A stretch of DNA of 64,000 nt from Geosiphon pyriformis uo1 (GCA_016748015.1 JAAOMT010000040.1:496001-560000), one strand, 5' to 3'; shown: positions 14,112 to 28,693, numbered from the stretch's first letter. Notes: generated by a model not told the origin, from the letters alone. Made by a program: numbers and translations.

Positions 14112-16680
14112 ATGGTTTTGTTTACCACAATAGTAACAATTGTATATTTTTTGCTGTTAGAATTAATTTGCTAATGTTGATAATAATAATAAATGTGACT
14201 GATTTTAAAATTATTTGGGATTTTTTTAATTGTTAGAACATTAAAAAGACTAATAAATTGTTTAATTGTTAGCTAAATATCTTTTTAATTTTTGATTAAT
14301 GAATTTGCTAAACTGTTTTAGTTTTGAATTTAATTTAGATAATCTATTTATTACTAGATTTATAACTTAAGTATGATTGATTTCAAGCTTAGTTAATTTA
14401 AAATCTCTGATATAGATAACTGTATTTTAGAGTGTGTTTGAATATAATAAACATACTTATTGTAAAAAACTATTACATAATCTGCAAATAAATTGGTCTA
14501 AAATTCATAATACTGTAAAATAATTTATATTTATTGCTTGAATTTAACACAAGTTTCTATAAAAACATCTTAAACACATGATGACTGTTTTAATATTGTT
14601 TTATTTAATGGTAGTGAATTCTGTTAATAAATGGTTGATACTATTATAATTGCTAAAATACTACAAGAAATTTTGTTTAAATATATTAAAGATTTGGGAC
14701 TTATTAACTAAGCTTTAATATTACAAGTCAATAGTATCTTAGAAGAAGTATAAAATAGTTTAAAGTATTTTAACATTATTCTAGCTATTGGTTACAATAA
14801 TTTTTACAATATTATTTAGCTAAACTTGTGTATTGTCTTTTTTATTAATGAACTTTTTAAGCTTAATAATTTGTGTATATATTATTTATCTTAAAAATAA
14901 GTTGATTTGTTGTAATTGTTGAGAGACAATTATTGGTACAATTGATAGTAAATTGATTCTGATAACTAAAAGTATGTTTTATTAAACAATAGAAGCAGAG
15001 TTTAGATTGTTTGAGTTTTTTTAAGTCTGAATAATTGGTGTTTTATTTCTGAAATTATTTGGAATTGGGCTTTAATTAATATTTTCTTAATTACTACTTT
15101 TTTTTTCTTCCAAATTAGTGTCTACCCAATTACTAATAAATTCGAAATTAAGTTGAAGTAATAATAATTAAGTCTTAATGAAATTGTTAATTGCAACTTA
15201 AATCCTTTAAAGTAATTACTATAGATTTTTAGCAGTTTGAATTTTTTTTGATTGTTTTGGAACAGAACTCTTGTAATGGTTGGTTTCAATGTTCATAATG
15301 ACATAAATTCTAATAGTATGTTAATAATACTTTCTAGTATATAATAATAAAATAAATGTAATAAGTAAATAATTTTGGATTTCTTCTAGTTAAGTAATTA
15401 TATTATTTTAGGTGTATTTGCTAATATTTGTATTTTGTTTTTGTTTTTGTTTACAAATGTGATTGGAAATTTTTGCTAAATATATCTTTTAATTTTGCAA
15501 TTTATTTTAATAATAATAGAAGCAAAATTATAATTCCATAGTAAATTAATATGTTAAAGTAATTTGTTGTAAAAATTTTTTTTTGCTAATTTGAAATCTG
15601 CTTGTTTTTTTAGAAAATGTATAATTTTTTTATTAATGTAAAAATTAAATACTGATTCTGCTAAAAAATAATTGCTGGTTAATCTTAACTGTTATTAAAA
15701 TTGTTAAAACAAAAATTTTGCAAATTCCAAGTAATTTACTTTTATAACTTTTACATTTGCTACTTTTTTGAATAATTAATACTGGTGCTTGTTTTCTGTT
15801 AGATTATATTTTACAGAGAGCACCAAATATTACAAATAATTATTTGGGTATTAGACTAAATAAAAAATCTATAACTTGGTATTCAATAGTTAATAATATT
15901 GTTAATTTCTAAAGATTTTTGGTATTTGAAGAATTTAATAAAATTTTTTATATAATAAACAGAAATTCAAATAATAGTTTTTTTTATGAATTTTTTTTAG
16001 CATAATAGCCAGTTTAATCTGATAGTTATGCTCTTTTGATAAGTTATCTTTTTTTCAAATTTGTTATCCTTGTTTTACAGATTTTTTACCAAACTATTCT
16101 TAATATTAATATCTTAGTATTTAATTTTTTAATTAATTAATAAACAACTAAAAACAAAATAAAATAAAAAATAAAAAATTAGTATCTCATCAATAGCTAT
16201 AATCAAGAGCTATTGGTTTAGTATGGTTAAGTAGTAAATGTTATTAGCATGAATTATTAATATAGTTAAAAATAACAATTTTAGTTTAATAATATAAATA
16301 ACATAAATTAGATAATAAAACAATAATTTTATTTAATATTTAAGTAATTTTACTTTAAGATATAAAAAACTAATTTTTAAAGAGAGAAATATTTAATTAT
16401 TTGTTTTTAATTATTTATCTGAATTTTTGAATTTTTTTTCTTACTTTTAATACTTTTACTATATATACATAATTTCTGTTATATAAAATTTCATAAAATT
16501 TTTTAATTTTTTGAAAGAAATTCTGGGATTTTAGAATTTTAAAATCCTAAAATTCCTTAAGAAAAATTCTAAAATTCTGAAATTTCTTGAGAGAAATCTT
16601 GAAATTCTTTATTCTATTATGCCTATTTTCTATTATTTATTTTATTTAACTATTATAATTTTTGTTTTTTATAAGTAATA
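14112..16680 (-). mobile_element. Gypsy family A, copy A2: 5' LTR (15838-16680), PBS and gag up to the CCHC knuckle, cut by A1
   Basis: LTR matches 49794-50641. PBS remnant ttttacagagagcacca at ~15819-15835. Reverse complement of 14112-14140 gives CYYCGKQxH. Capsid region matches 48200-48760. Confidence 0.8.
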
Positions 16681-18760
16681 ATAGTGTTAAAACAGTTGTT
16701 ATTATTATTGTTAGAGTCTGAATTATAATTAATTGCTAATTTCAATTCTTATATATACTTACTGATTGGTTTTTTTTAAGAATTAAATAGATTATGTACA
16801 GTAATAGATTTTAAACAAGATTATATTTATTACAATATTTAAAGTCATTGGAAATTAAACAATATTTACAGAATTTAATGTTTAATTGCTTTAAATACTG
16901 CTTTTGTTCTTCTTAAATAGGTGCCAAATTTTGGTAATGTTTATAAAATTGTTCTGAATTGCTTATAATATTAACAAAGATATTTGAATTTGAAATAAAA
17001 ACAGTTTTAATAGGTTTTAGTAAATTATTTTTAATTTTTCAGATTTTGCTTAATAATATACTATTAATTTTAATGGTCACTATTCTCCAAATCTTATTTT
17101 TGTCATGTAGATAATTGTCCAAGCATAAAAAAGTTCTGTTTTACATAGTGTTTATAGGTGTTTTTTTGTTTATTTAGTTATTAATAAGAATTATATATTA
17201 ACATAATTTGTTGCCTATTTTTTCTTGACCAATATTACCAAAAATTTTTGGTTTTTTTTTGTATGTTATTAATATCAGTTTGCTGTAAATTTATGTTTTT
17301 TAAAAGTAGTTAAATCTTTAATAACTGAATTTATTTTTAAATTATCTTCTATAATTTGAACTGCTGGATTTATAAATAAAATAGCCAATTTTGTACCAGT
17401 TACTTTATGTAGTTATTTTGTAGTAAAAGTCAACTTTTTTTCAAGAATTGTTTGTTTGAAAGCTCATTAAAAATGTGTAGTCACTTTGTTGTAAAAGTTA
17501 ACTTTTCTACAAAAATCTTATTTGTAGACTATCTTAATAATTATAATAAGAAAAGAAAAAGAAAAATATAAAAATATAAAAAAATCGAGATTTTGTTAAG
17601 AGAATTATTTTCTATCCAGATCTGAAGTTACTAATAAGTTACTAAAATTTGTAATTAGTCAATTTCAAAATATTAGTTGGATTTCAAAAAATATTAAATG
17701 TAATTATTTTACAAATTGGTTTTTCAAAATATATGTTTATTTTTAAATTGCACTAATAAAAATAAATCTAAAATAAGATATTTATAGTAAGATATATTTT
17801 TTTGAAGAAAAAAGCTTTTTTTTATATAACTTGTTATAATACTAGTTTATAAATTTGAATTTTTTTCTTTGCTATGATTTAGACAAATTAAAAATATATT
17901 TTAATAAGTTACAAATTATTTTAACAAACTATTAATTATTTTAGTAAATTATTTATTATTTTTACAAATTTTTACAAATTTTAGTGAATTTTTAAATATT
18001 ACATAGTTTAAAATATTGTGTAATTTAATCATCCTAATTTTTATTATCCAAATTGAATTATTAATTAAATAGTAATATTTAATAATTTGATTAAATAATA
18101 AGTAATCATTAAAACAATATTAATATATGCTAATTAATAATAGAAATTATGGATAATTTTATGCTAATTTATGACTAAAATTTTACTAATAACACTAAAA
18201 ATGTTGTTCTATATTCTTTTATCTGGAAAAATTTTATTATAAACTAAGCAAAGTTTATAGTTTTATTTTCTCTATTGTTTTGATTATTCAAAGCATTCTT
18301 AATAACAAGCTTTATAATAATAATAAATACACATTTTATATTTTTTTTGGTAAAATACAAGTTTCTATAGATAAAAGCTTTTTGTTGTAATTTTTATATT
18401 TAAGTAGAATATAGAATAGTTGTTTTTTAGATTTTAGTATCAAATATAAAACATATTAACTGTTAACTGATTTGTTGGTAGAAATAGTGGCTTGAAGTTT
18501 GTCTTTTTTTTTTCTCATGTAAGTATTAATAATAATTCATTATGTTTTTTTTCAACTTATAATATTTGATAGGCTTTTTAAGTAGATTTTTCTTTTTTTT
18601 CCTCTAACTTAATCAATAATTGCTTTCTTAAACTAGTCTTAAAATGACTATAAGTAATTAGAACTTAAATATTCTAATTGTTTTAACTAAGCTGTAACTT
18701 TTAAGTATTTTAGTTAAGAATAATATTGGTTTTAATCTTTGTTTTATGCTTATAGATATG
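16681..18760 (-). mobile_element. Gypsy family A internal fragment (Cys-rich domain region), split by an unidentified ~0.95-kb insert (~17270-18220)
   Basis: 16681-17270 matches 45870-46430. 18220-18760 continues the match into 46430-47030. Confidence 0.65.
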
Positions 18761-20186
18761 TATTTATTTATTTTTATTTTAACAAAATAAAATTATAAAT
18801 TAGTTAATTAAGAATACCAAAAAATATTTAAATATCTTAAAATTTTTAAGTAATAATTTAAAATAATCAAAAATATTTATATATTAAATAATTTGTATAA
18901 AAAAAACTATTTTTATTTTTTTATATTAGAATAAAATTTATTTTTATTAAATTATAATTTAACTTATTATTTTTATTGTTTGCACAAATTTTTTTGTCAA
19001 TTATTAAATATTACTTGTATTTTTTTATTAAAACATTTTAAATTAATAGTTTTTAATTATAATTATTAATAAAATACCAATTTTTATGTTTTTTATTTTA
19101 TGTTTTTTTATTTTTATTTTTATAAAAATTAATATTACAGATAATTTTAAAAAATATATAATATTTATATATTTTAAATACTTTTTTACAGAGTTTTTTA
19201 AACTTTGTAAAACAAGATTTATATTTATAAGTATATAACTAAAATTCATAATTATAAACTGCACTCGTTAAATCTTATTAAAAAAAATATAATTATAAAG
19301 CATATAATTAAATATTTATTGTAATAAAAATTAAATTCATTAAAAAAAATTTATTATTAAATTTTTATAATTTTTAGTTAAAAAATTTTTACAAATATTA
19401 TAATCTAATTAATTATTTAAACAAATTATTTATAGCTTTAGTATTTTTTGTAAAATATAAATTAAAAAAACAATTAGCCAAAATATTAAAACAAAAAACC
19501 ATAATTTTTTAATTAAATATATTAATATTTAGAGATTTTTTGAATTCTAAAAAATTGGTTTAAAGCTAAAAATATTTTTTATTATATATAATATTATATT
19601 TTTTTTTAAAAAAAATATTGATAAAACTAATACAAATTTTTATTATAAACATCAAAAATATATTTAATTAAACTTAAATTTAATATATTTAAAATTGAAA
19701 AATATATTTATTAATAATATTATTATAAAACTTTTAATTTTAATTATATATATTTATTATTAATATTATTAAAATAAATTATTAATATAATTATTAACTT
19801 AATTAACTTAATAATTATTTTAATTATTAATATAATTACTGATTTAAATATTAAATTTATTTTAAATTAAAATTATTTTTTTAATTACAAAATTAAAACA
19901 ATAATTTTAATTATTTATATTCTTAATTTGTATATTATTAGCTTTTATAAAACATATTAAATAAAATATTTAATAAAAAATACAAATAATACTTGTTATT
20001 AAATTTTAAGAATATTAACATAAAATATATAATTATAATAGCTGTATTTTTTTTGTTAACAATATAAATTATCTCTTAATATTTAGATTTTTTTGTTATC
20101 TTTTAAAAAAAATAGTAAATAAAATATTTATTAAACTAATTTTACACATTAAATTTTTACAAGTTTAATTTATTTTTTTAAGTTAA

Positions 20187-20218
<32 letters not shown>
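20187..20218. repeat. (ATT)10 microsatellite
   Basis: Direct reading of attattatt... Confidence 0.9.
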
Positions 20219-20219
<1 letters not shown>

Positions 20220-20904
20220 GAATATTTGTTTTATATTATTATTTATTAACATATTATTTTAATTTGTAATAATATTTACTGTTAATAAGAACTTTAAAAA
20301 ATAATTTACTAAAAAATTTTAAAGTCAAAATTAAAAAAAAGCAATTAATAAATATTAAAAATTTTTGCTTAAACTTTAAAAAAATAAGTTAATAAATTTT
20401 GATAAAAACCAATATTTTTATTTATTTTTTAATTTTATTGTTTTTAATTTTATTATATTATTAAAGTAGTTAAATACTTTAAAAATAAAAATAAAAATAT
20501 ATATAAATCAAAAATTATTGTTATTAAAATACTAAAATATGTAAATTTTATTATTTTTTCTTAAAAATACAGCTATTTTATAATACCAAAACTTGAACTT
20601 AAAGTTAAATAATGTTAATAATTTTAAATACTTTTTTTTAATATTAATATTTTTATTAAATTACAAAATAAGTTTATTATTATTAAATAATTATTTAATA
20701 AAACAGTAATCTAATATTTAAGATAATTAACAAAATTGTTTATTAAATACAAATAATTAACAAAATTATTATATAAAATTTTAAATTTTTAACCAATTTA
20801 TTAAAAATATTAAAAATTAAATTTTAAATAATTAAGTTTACAATAATTTAAAATCTTTAAAAAGTTATTAATATTATATAAAAAACAAAAATTAATTAAA
20901 AAAA

Positions 20905-23900
20905 TTTTTCTCTTGTCAATTCTCTGACCACAGCAAGAGCAAAATTTTTATTGAAAATTTAATACTTTCTTTTTTCTTTTTTCTTTTGTACTTCTTTTAG
21001 TTATTTCTTCCAATATATTCTATTTTGTTGTTATAAAACTGGCAGACTCTTCTGCTAGTGGTTCTGGCTCAGACTTGGCTGGTTTGAGAATCCACCTTAA
21101 TACCAAAAAAAAATGAGTAAAGAGTGTATATTTTTATGGTGTGTCTTATAAAAAGCTGAAGAAGCTTAATACTGGTAGTGTTTTAGTCAACTTATTTATT
21201 GGCCCATTAAATTTAAAAGATGTTAGAGTTTTTAACACTAAGCCTATAGTGTTTTGGGGAAGCAAAGTTGGCAGTATTGCTAATAGTGTAAGCAGTCTCT
21301 CAAATGTTGAGAATATAACAAACACAGTTGTTAAAAAAACCAGCTATGCAGAATTAGGTGACAACAATAATATGGATAAGACCACACTGAGAAAAACATG
21401 TATTTACACATATATGCTAGGCAACTTACCGAAAGCTTTTTCATTTGATATTATGAATAATGATAATGATGTATTGGGTTTTCTACTTTTTAAGTTCACT
21501 AGTTCTAAACAGTTGCTATTAGTCAAGTTATGTGCTTTCTCTGTTTGAAATTTCAATTCAGTCAAATTATTTGCTTTGAATATTGAGTTAAAAGCTGTGC
21601 TTGACAAAACTATTAATAATAAGTTGATTTTTGTAAAAAAAAAATTTTATCAAGTGGATGGTTTTAGGAGAGCTTCTATTCTCTCAAAATTCTCTGACAT
21701 CATTAGATTTTCTTTTACATTCAAGGTTAATTTGAATAAGACTAGAAAATTGGCTATCAGTGTGAAAATTTTAGTTAATAATGATGTTAGACAGATAAAC
21801 AAATACACAAATTAGGAAATTGTTGTGAAGAAAATCCCAGTGAATCTTCTCAAATCAGCTGTGAAATCTGTTTTTTTTAAATTTGGCAAGATTGTTTCAA
21901 TCAAGATACAACTAATTGGTCTTTGGCAAAAAACCTTAGTGAAGTTTAAGTCATTGAATGTAACTAATTCAGTTGCTTCCAAATGGTCAGTTTTTATGAG
22001 AAAAAATTTACATGTGGTTTTGGTTGTTAGTAACAAAAAATTGTAGATAACATAGGATTATCATCAGGCTTTGTTGTATATTTTCTCAGCTAAAACCACA
22101 GCTCATAATTTATCTGATTTGTTGAATTCATATGATGGAAAAACTTGTTTCATTGGTCATAATCCTAGTTTATATGTGTGTGATAGATGTGTAATAGTGT
22201 GTTTTGCAGATAAAGCATTTATATTAGCTGTTATTGATTCTGTTCCTGTTTTTAAAGATGTGAATTTATATTGGGCTAAGCTTTCTTTGGTTTGTTGTGC
22301 TCTATGTAAAAAATTTGGTCATATCTCTGATGTTTGTTTAGTGGGTAGAAATTTTGGTGGACATGATAGGTGTGTGGTAACTTTACAAGATCGAATTTGT
22401 TTGCCCAACATATATAGAAAAAAATAAGCTCTTGTTGTATATTTTGTTTCATTTAGAGGTAAAACTTGGGCTCAAATTGCTGGTAATTTTCTGTCTTGTG
22501 TGGTATCATTAGTTTTGTCTGGTAGTAGTTTGTCTTTGGGTGTAGTGTCTCTTTCTTTGGGTTCTGCCCTTCTTGTTAATTCTGGATTAAGTGATTGTTT
22601 GACAGTCTTGGAATGCTCTTTAGAGCTTTTGTTGGATCAGATTTCTGTTTTCTTGAAGAAATTAAGCTTTATGGAGTTGGTGTTTTTGACTACATTTTTT
22701 TCCAATCCTTCTCTGGTTGTCTCTGTTTCTTTGGCTCCTGTTTTGAATTCAGATATGGTTTTGGATATGTATTAATGTCATCTATTCTCTCTTTTTCTGT
22801 CAGTTTTGATGTGGTTGCTGATTTCAGCTCTAGTAGTTCTAAAGTTTTGACCACCAAAATAAGTGGATTGGAGTCAAAAATAGTGGCTTTGGAGGTATCA
22901 ATTAATTCAGTTTTGGGAAAATTGGATTGTTTGTGTTCTGGTTTGGGTTTATTAGTTCCTTCTTCTTCTCAATAATCAGTTTGGTTTGAAAAATTGCTTT
23001 ATGCAATGCTTGGAATATGAACAATCCTGTGAAGCAGAGAGATATTGTTCATTGGCATAAGAATATGGACAATTTGATTTCAATCATTATTCAAACCAAG
23101 TTGAAAAATAATGTTCATCTATAGATTGCTAATAAGTTTAATGATATTTGTGTCTTTATTCTGCTGTAGACTTTGGTTACTTGGGTTTTAGTGTTGTTAT
23201 TATTATAGACGTTTTTTTGGCTCATTATATGTATAAAATTTTTGAAATGCCTAAATAACTCTTCTCTGTTAGATTGTTTTTCAAAAATAAACTTTCTGTT
23301 TCGATTTTGGGGCTCTATGCTGGTGTATTTTCTACAGTTTGGTTTTTCCAAGCTGGTAATATTAACTCTCTGATTGCAAAGGCTACAAATAGATCCTCTT
23401 TTGTTATCTTGGGTGGAGATTTCAATGAAAATGATTCTCACAGATGTACAAGTTTCAAAAAATGCCTCAATTTGGAGTTGGTCAATTTTTTAACAAACAG
23501 TCCAGTTGTGAAAAATCCTACATAGAAAAATTCAAGAAATGTTGAGAAGACAATTAATTATGTGTTTGTTTCTTTAAATTTGGTTAATGCAGTGATGGGT
23601 TATGATGTTATGGATGTCAGTGAACATTTTGATACTGATCACAAAGCTGTTTCTGTTTTTGTGAGTTTGGATAGATTACTGGATATGTGACTGAACTTGA
23701 TGTGCAAACAAGCAAATAAGAATCATTGAAAGTTTGATTTCAAGAATGCTAATAAATTGAAATAGTACGAGTTTAAAGATGCTAGTGATCAATGCTGTTG
23801 TGTTTTTAGATAAGTTTGTTATATCTAAGAAGTTCTCAGATTTGAATACAATGTGAGACATTGTTCGCAAAGTAATAATCTTCTTAGTTAATAGAACATT

Positions 23901-26900
23901 TAAGAGAAAATGGTACAAGAGTTACATTGGGGAGTTCACCAAAGATTCTTCTAAATTTTACAGATTAAAACTTTTGGTGTCAAAAATTGTTAGGTGTTCT
24001 TGTGTAAGTTTTGAAAGTGAATTTATTTTTCTGTTGGATCTTTGGTCTTTTTTGGATGCTGATAATATCTCAAATATTAGGGCTCTTCTGAATTCTGGTG
24101 CCAACTCTAATTGTGTGTATTCTGCTCTTTTTAAGATAAGAAGGTCATATTATATTAGCAAACTTGCTGAATTTAAGAGAGCTGAAGAAACAAGCATTAA
24201 GCATGCTATTAATAAAAGAATGGAAAGTTTTAAGGTAAACAAAGACCACATTATCAAAAGTATTCTGGAGCATTTTTTCTGTAAAGTAGTACTAAATTAT
24301 CTTGTAGTTGGAAACAAGCTGGTTTTAGAACCTGATCTGATTAAAGCTAAGATAAATATGGTCATGGAAAGTTGAACCAGAAAACATGTAGTTGTTGCTG
24401 ATGTTTTCAGTAATTAGTGCTGTCAATATCAACCTTTGGAGTATGTTTTTGATGAAGTTTTTTCGAATATGATGTGCCTAATTGGTTTTGACAAACTGTT
24501 CTGTGTGGTCTTTAATCTTCCCAATAGCAAAGCTGCTGGACTTTCTGGTATTTCTAATAAACTTTGAAAATATTACAATAAAACAATTTTGGATATGCTC
24601 TTGGAGCTCTTGAATTCTTGTTTAATTAATAAATTGGTGTCTAGTTCTTAAAGGGAGGCTTGGGTCACAATAATTCCCAAACTGTATGAATAAAAAAGTA
24701 TTCTAATAAATACTCATCCTATTGCTTTGATTAAGACTGCATGTAAAATTTTTTCTAAGATTCTCTCTGATAAAATTTTGTTAGCATACAGTATGTATAA
24801 TGTTCTTTATAAAGACAATTTTTTGGTTTTGAAGGGTACAACAACACAGTTTCCTATTTTTGCCATTGGATTAGTAATTAAAAATACACTGGAGAAGAAC
24901 CATGAGCTTTGGTTGGTTTTGCAGAATATGTGGAAGGCATATGATTCTGTTGGATGGGAGCATCTCAAAAAAAGCCTAGTCAAGATAAAAATATGCAGCA
25001 AGTTTATTCAATTTTTTGGCAGTATTTATGGTGGTCACATTAACAGAGTTATGACTGACTTTGGTTTAACAAACAAATATCCTGTACATGATGATTTAGA
25101 TCAAAAGAAGGTGTTCTTATCTTTTTTTTGGCATATATTCTATGATCTTTTGTTGTGTGAAGTCAAGAAGCAAAAGAGTTTATGTGGATATAAGTTAAAT
25201 TCTTATTTTGTTTTCAAGACTGGTTGTGCTGAATCTCAAGCCAGATTAATCTTTTTTTTCACTGCTAGTGCATTTGTAAATGATACTATTTGGGTTGGCT
25301 GCAATCAAAAAACTATTCAGTATATTCTCAATATTGCTAGTGATTTCTTTCATATTAATAATATTTTTATAAATAATAACAAAACAGTGGCCATTTCTAT
25401 CAACTGTAGTGTTAAGTGTCTTTCTTTGTTGATTAACAGATTACCTATTTCTATTGCCAAAAAGAGTGAATCTTATTGCTATCTTGGTATCTATCTGTTT
25501 ACTGATGGATTTTCAAAGCCTAGCTTGGCTAAAGCACATTCTGATGTTTGGTTTTTTGCCAACTTTGTTTTGAAAAAAACTATCTCAGACAAGCAGTTTT
25601 TGTATTTGGTGTCAGCTGTACTTTATCTTATTATTGGTTATAAAACACAGTTCAGCTTCATTTTTAGTAGTGTATGTAATAAGTAGGATGCTTTAATTCA
25701 TAGAAATTTGAAGTTGAAAACTTGTCTGCCTTATGATTTTTCTGGTAATGTGATTTACCATTCTTTCTTTTACAGTTTAAAAACTTTTAAGCAGGTTCAG
25801 TCTAAGAAAAAATTAGCATCTTTTGTGAATTTTGCAAATTCTAATGGGATTTTAAGACATTTGTTTTCTTACAGGTCTTATAACTTGCAAATTTTAAGTT
25901 GGTATTCACTCTATTCTTTGTGTTTTCTAGTTTGTACAGAGGTCAGTCTTTCTAATAACTTTTTGGCAAATGTGGTCTGTGTTTTTCTTGAGTGCAATTT
26001 GTCTTTGGATGGTTCTTTGAACAACTTTTTCTATCTTTAGAGTGGTATGCCCATGTCAATTGTCCTTGGTGAGTCAAAGTTTTTCAAATTTCTCTCTTCT
26101 TTTTAGCAATACAATGTTGTTTTTGTGAACCAGTTTTGTGATTGTCATGGTGCAGTCTTCAGTTAGAATACTTTCAAATAATAGAAGAAACTTGACTCTT
26201 ATGGTCCTGTTTCTAATTGGTTCAAGATCTCTGTTAATTTTTTTAATGGTGCAAATTTTTTCTCTACTTGCCTTTTGGTTTTGGGTGGTACTAATTTTTC
26301 AAATGTTCTTGTGTCTTACAAGTTTAAGTTAGTTCTTGGTTATTTGTCTTGTGTTAGTTCTAATACTCTGTCAGTCTATATGGATGGTTCTCTAAAGGAC
26401 ATGGACATGGTTAACAAAAAGACTAATATGACAGTTTTTTTTGAAGTCATTGATATGGGTTTGGATATTAAAGTTTCTGATATGATGTTTTCTACTTTAG
26501 CTGAATTACAGACTATAGCACTGGCTTTTGAGTGTGTTCCCTTTCTTAGTTCAGTTTAATTGTTTACAGACAGTCAAGCTGCTTTAAATGCATATAAGTC
26601 AGAATTGGATTTGATGTATCCAGATTTTTATAATTCATATTGGGTAGAACACCAGTAGATTGTGGGTGTTATTTGTAATAAGAATTTAAGGATTAACTGG
26701 CACAAAGTTAAGAGTCACTTAAGTGTGTTGGAAAATAAATGTGCAGACATATTTGCCAATGCTGTTTCTTTTTCTAACTGGTACCTTCCTCCCTAATTGA
26801 AAGAACATTATATACTGGCTAGTAATAAGATTGTTTCTGGTAACTCAAAACATTTTGTTCATGATATTTTTTGGTCTATGTATTGTGCTCACTGAAAAAT

Positions 26901-27790
26901 TGGGTTTGGTTCTAAGATTCTGGTAAATAGTTTGTTTTCAGATATTAATTGGTTTAGTTCATCTTTGGTATAGCATCTGGATTTGCACATGGCTGCTAAT
27001 TCTACCAGTAGACCTTTTGCTGACTCCTATACTTATTTTATGAAAGCTCTGTACTATTGGCTATCTATTGCTGTATAGAAGTAACTTTTTAACAAATGCT
27101 ATTCTGGTGTAACATGTTTATATTGTGGTGATGTTGAAGTGTTGGATCATGTTTTTTCATGCATAGTCGACAAATCTGTTCATATCTGGTTGTTGGATGC
27201 TTATGTGACTTCTTGGAGGGTGCTTTCTGGTCTTTCTTGTTTGTTTTTTATGTGTCTTGGCTAATGTTATCTTGTGTTTCTAATGTTGATATGTGTATGG
27301 TTATTTACAAGAGTTTTGTTTTTAAAGATTGGCTCTAAAAGGCAATGTCTATTTTTGGTGACCCCAAAGTATTGTATCTAAAAGTTGTGGAATTTGTGTG
27401 AACCTTTGGCCTTACTTTTAGGAATGAAGTTTGGTTAGTTTGGGCTAAGCATTAAGCCTTTATGAAAAAAAATAGGCTGATTCTACCAGGTGGTTCAGTC
27501 TCTATCTCAATTTTAGGTCTGTTTTTGAAATTGTCTGCTGGTGTTGTTAGGTTGCTTGGTGTTGTTGAGACATTTGGTGTTTGTTTCAGGTTTTGTAAGT
27601 CTTGTTTGTTTTTTTTAGGAGTTGATAACCCAGTTTTGGTTCATATAGGTGTTTAGTGTTGTTTTGATTAGTTTAAGTAACTGGTCATGTGTAAAAAAAG
27701 CATGATTCACACCTAGTTTAAATCACTTATGTTGATGTATTGTACTAAACAGTGTTTAGATTTCACTCATAAAACATAATAAAAAAAAAA
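20905..27790 (+). mobile_element. Full-length degenerate LINE (LINE-A): ORF1 with CCHC knuckle; ORF2 with APE, RT, RNase H and C-terminal Zn finger; 3' UTR; poly(A)
   Basis: CALCKKFGHISDVC (ORF1); GGDFNE and DTDH (APE); LQNMWKAYDSVGW and AFVNDT (RT); YMDGSL...STLAELQTI (RNase H); poly(A) ending at 27790. Many stops and a few frameshifts. 5' end approximate. Confidence 0.9.
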
Positions 27791-27980
27791 TTATATAAAA
27801 TTTTAACTTAACTAAAAACTAAATTATATATTAATTATTATATTAATATAATAATAAAGTAATTATATAAAATACAAATTTGTAATTATAAGAAACATAA
27901 TTATTTATAAAAAAATTATTAACCAAAAAATATTAACAAAATAATAATTTTATATTAAATATTAATCTATAAATATATAT

Positions 27981-28693
27981 TGTTACAGTTGAAACTTATA
28001 CTTTTTATTAATTATTACATGTATTAGCCACTGATATCATATAAATTAGCCATTCTATTTTTAGATAGTAATTATTGACTTAATCAATAACCTGATCAAT
28101 GACCTGACTATTGACCTGATCATTGACCTGATTATTGATCTAGTCATTGACTTGATTATTGACCACTTTTGACAGCTATATAAGTAATGAATTTCTTAAC
28201 TATAGAAAAGCATATTCAAAAATAATCAAGAATAAATAAAATAACAACTTTCATCTCAATTATTCTTTTATCACTAATTTTCTTTTCCTTATCTTTAAGT
28301 ATCCAAATATCTTGGGATAAAAGATTACTTGTTGGTTATTTTTTACCTTTTTTCTGAAATGTATAAGTGTAACATTTGAAGATTATTGAATAAAATATAA
28401 CTAAAAAGCACATCTGATACTTGATATTGAATTCTAAGAACACCAATGTGAGGCATAGAATTATACCAAGTGTAATCATTTGTTGACAGTATGAACTATC
28501 TCTTTACTTTCAAATTCCCCAGTTACCTTTTAAAAAGAATAATGACTGAGATATTTTATGAAACTGATCTCATATATTGAATCCATACTTATTCAATTTG
28601 CTCTTTAAAGTTGAATTTCCTTTGATTATTTCTATCACCCTACAATTCTGTTCTCTCTTGCTATCTATTAGCTTGTTACTCTAATCCATAACA
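27981..28693 (+). mobile_element. Solo LTR, family B (713 bp), TGTTAC...ATAACA termini, 4-bp TSD ATAT
   Basis: Inverted copy of 8403-9044. ATAT at 27977-27980 and 28694-28697 (weak alone because the flanks are AT-rich, but the same length as the other TSDs). Confidence 0.85.
28072..28165 (+). repeat. 12-bp tandem array (consensus ~TTGACCTGATCA, ~8 units) inside LTR B
   Basis: ttgacttaatca / ataacctgatca / atgacctgacta / ttgacctgatca / ttgacctgatta / ttgatctagtca / ttgacttgatta / ttgacc. Confidence 0.85.

Noticed and set aside
19043-19264. Ile/Lys/Asn-rich ORFs in AT deserts (also 6768-6956, 34162-34359), or organellar DNA insertions
   Set aside because: Chance ORFs from extreme AT content, with no mitochondrial gene motifs.
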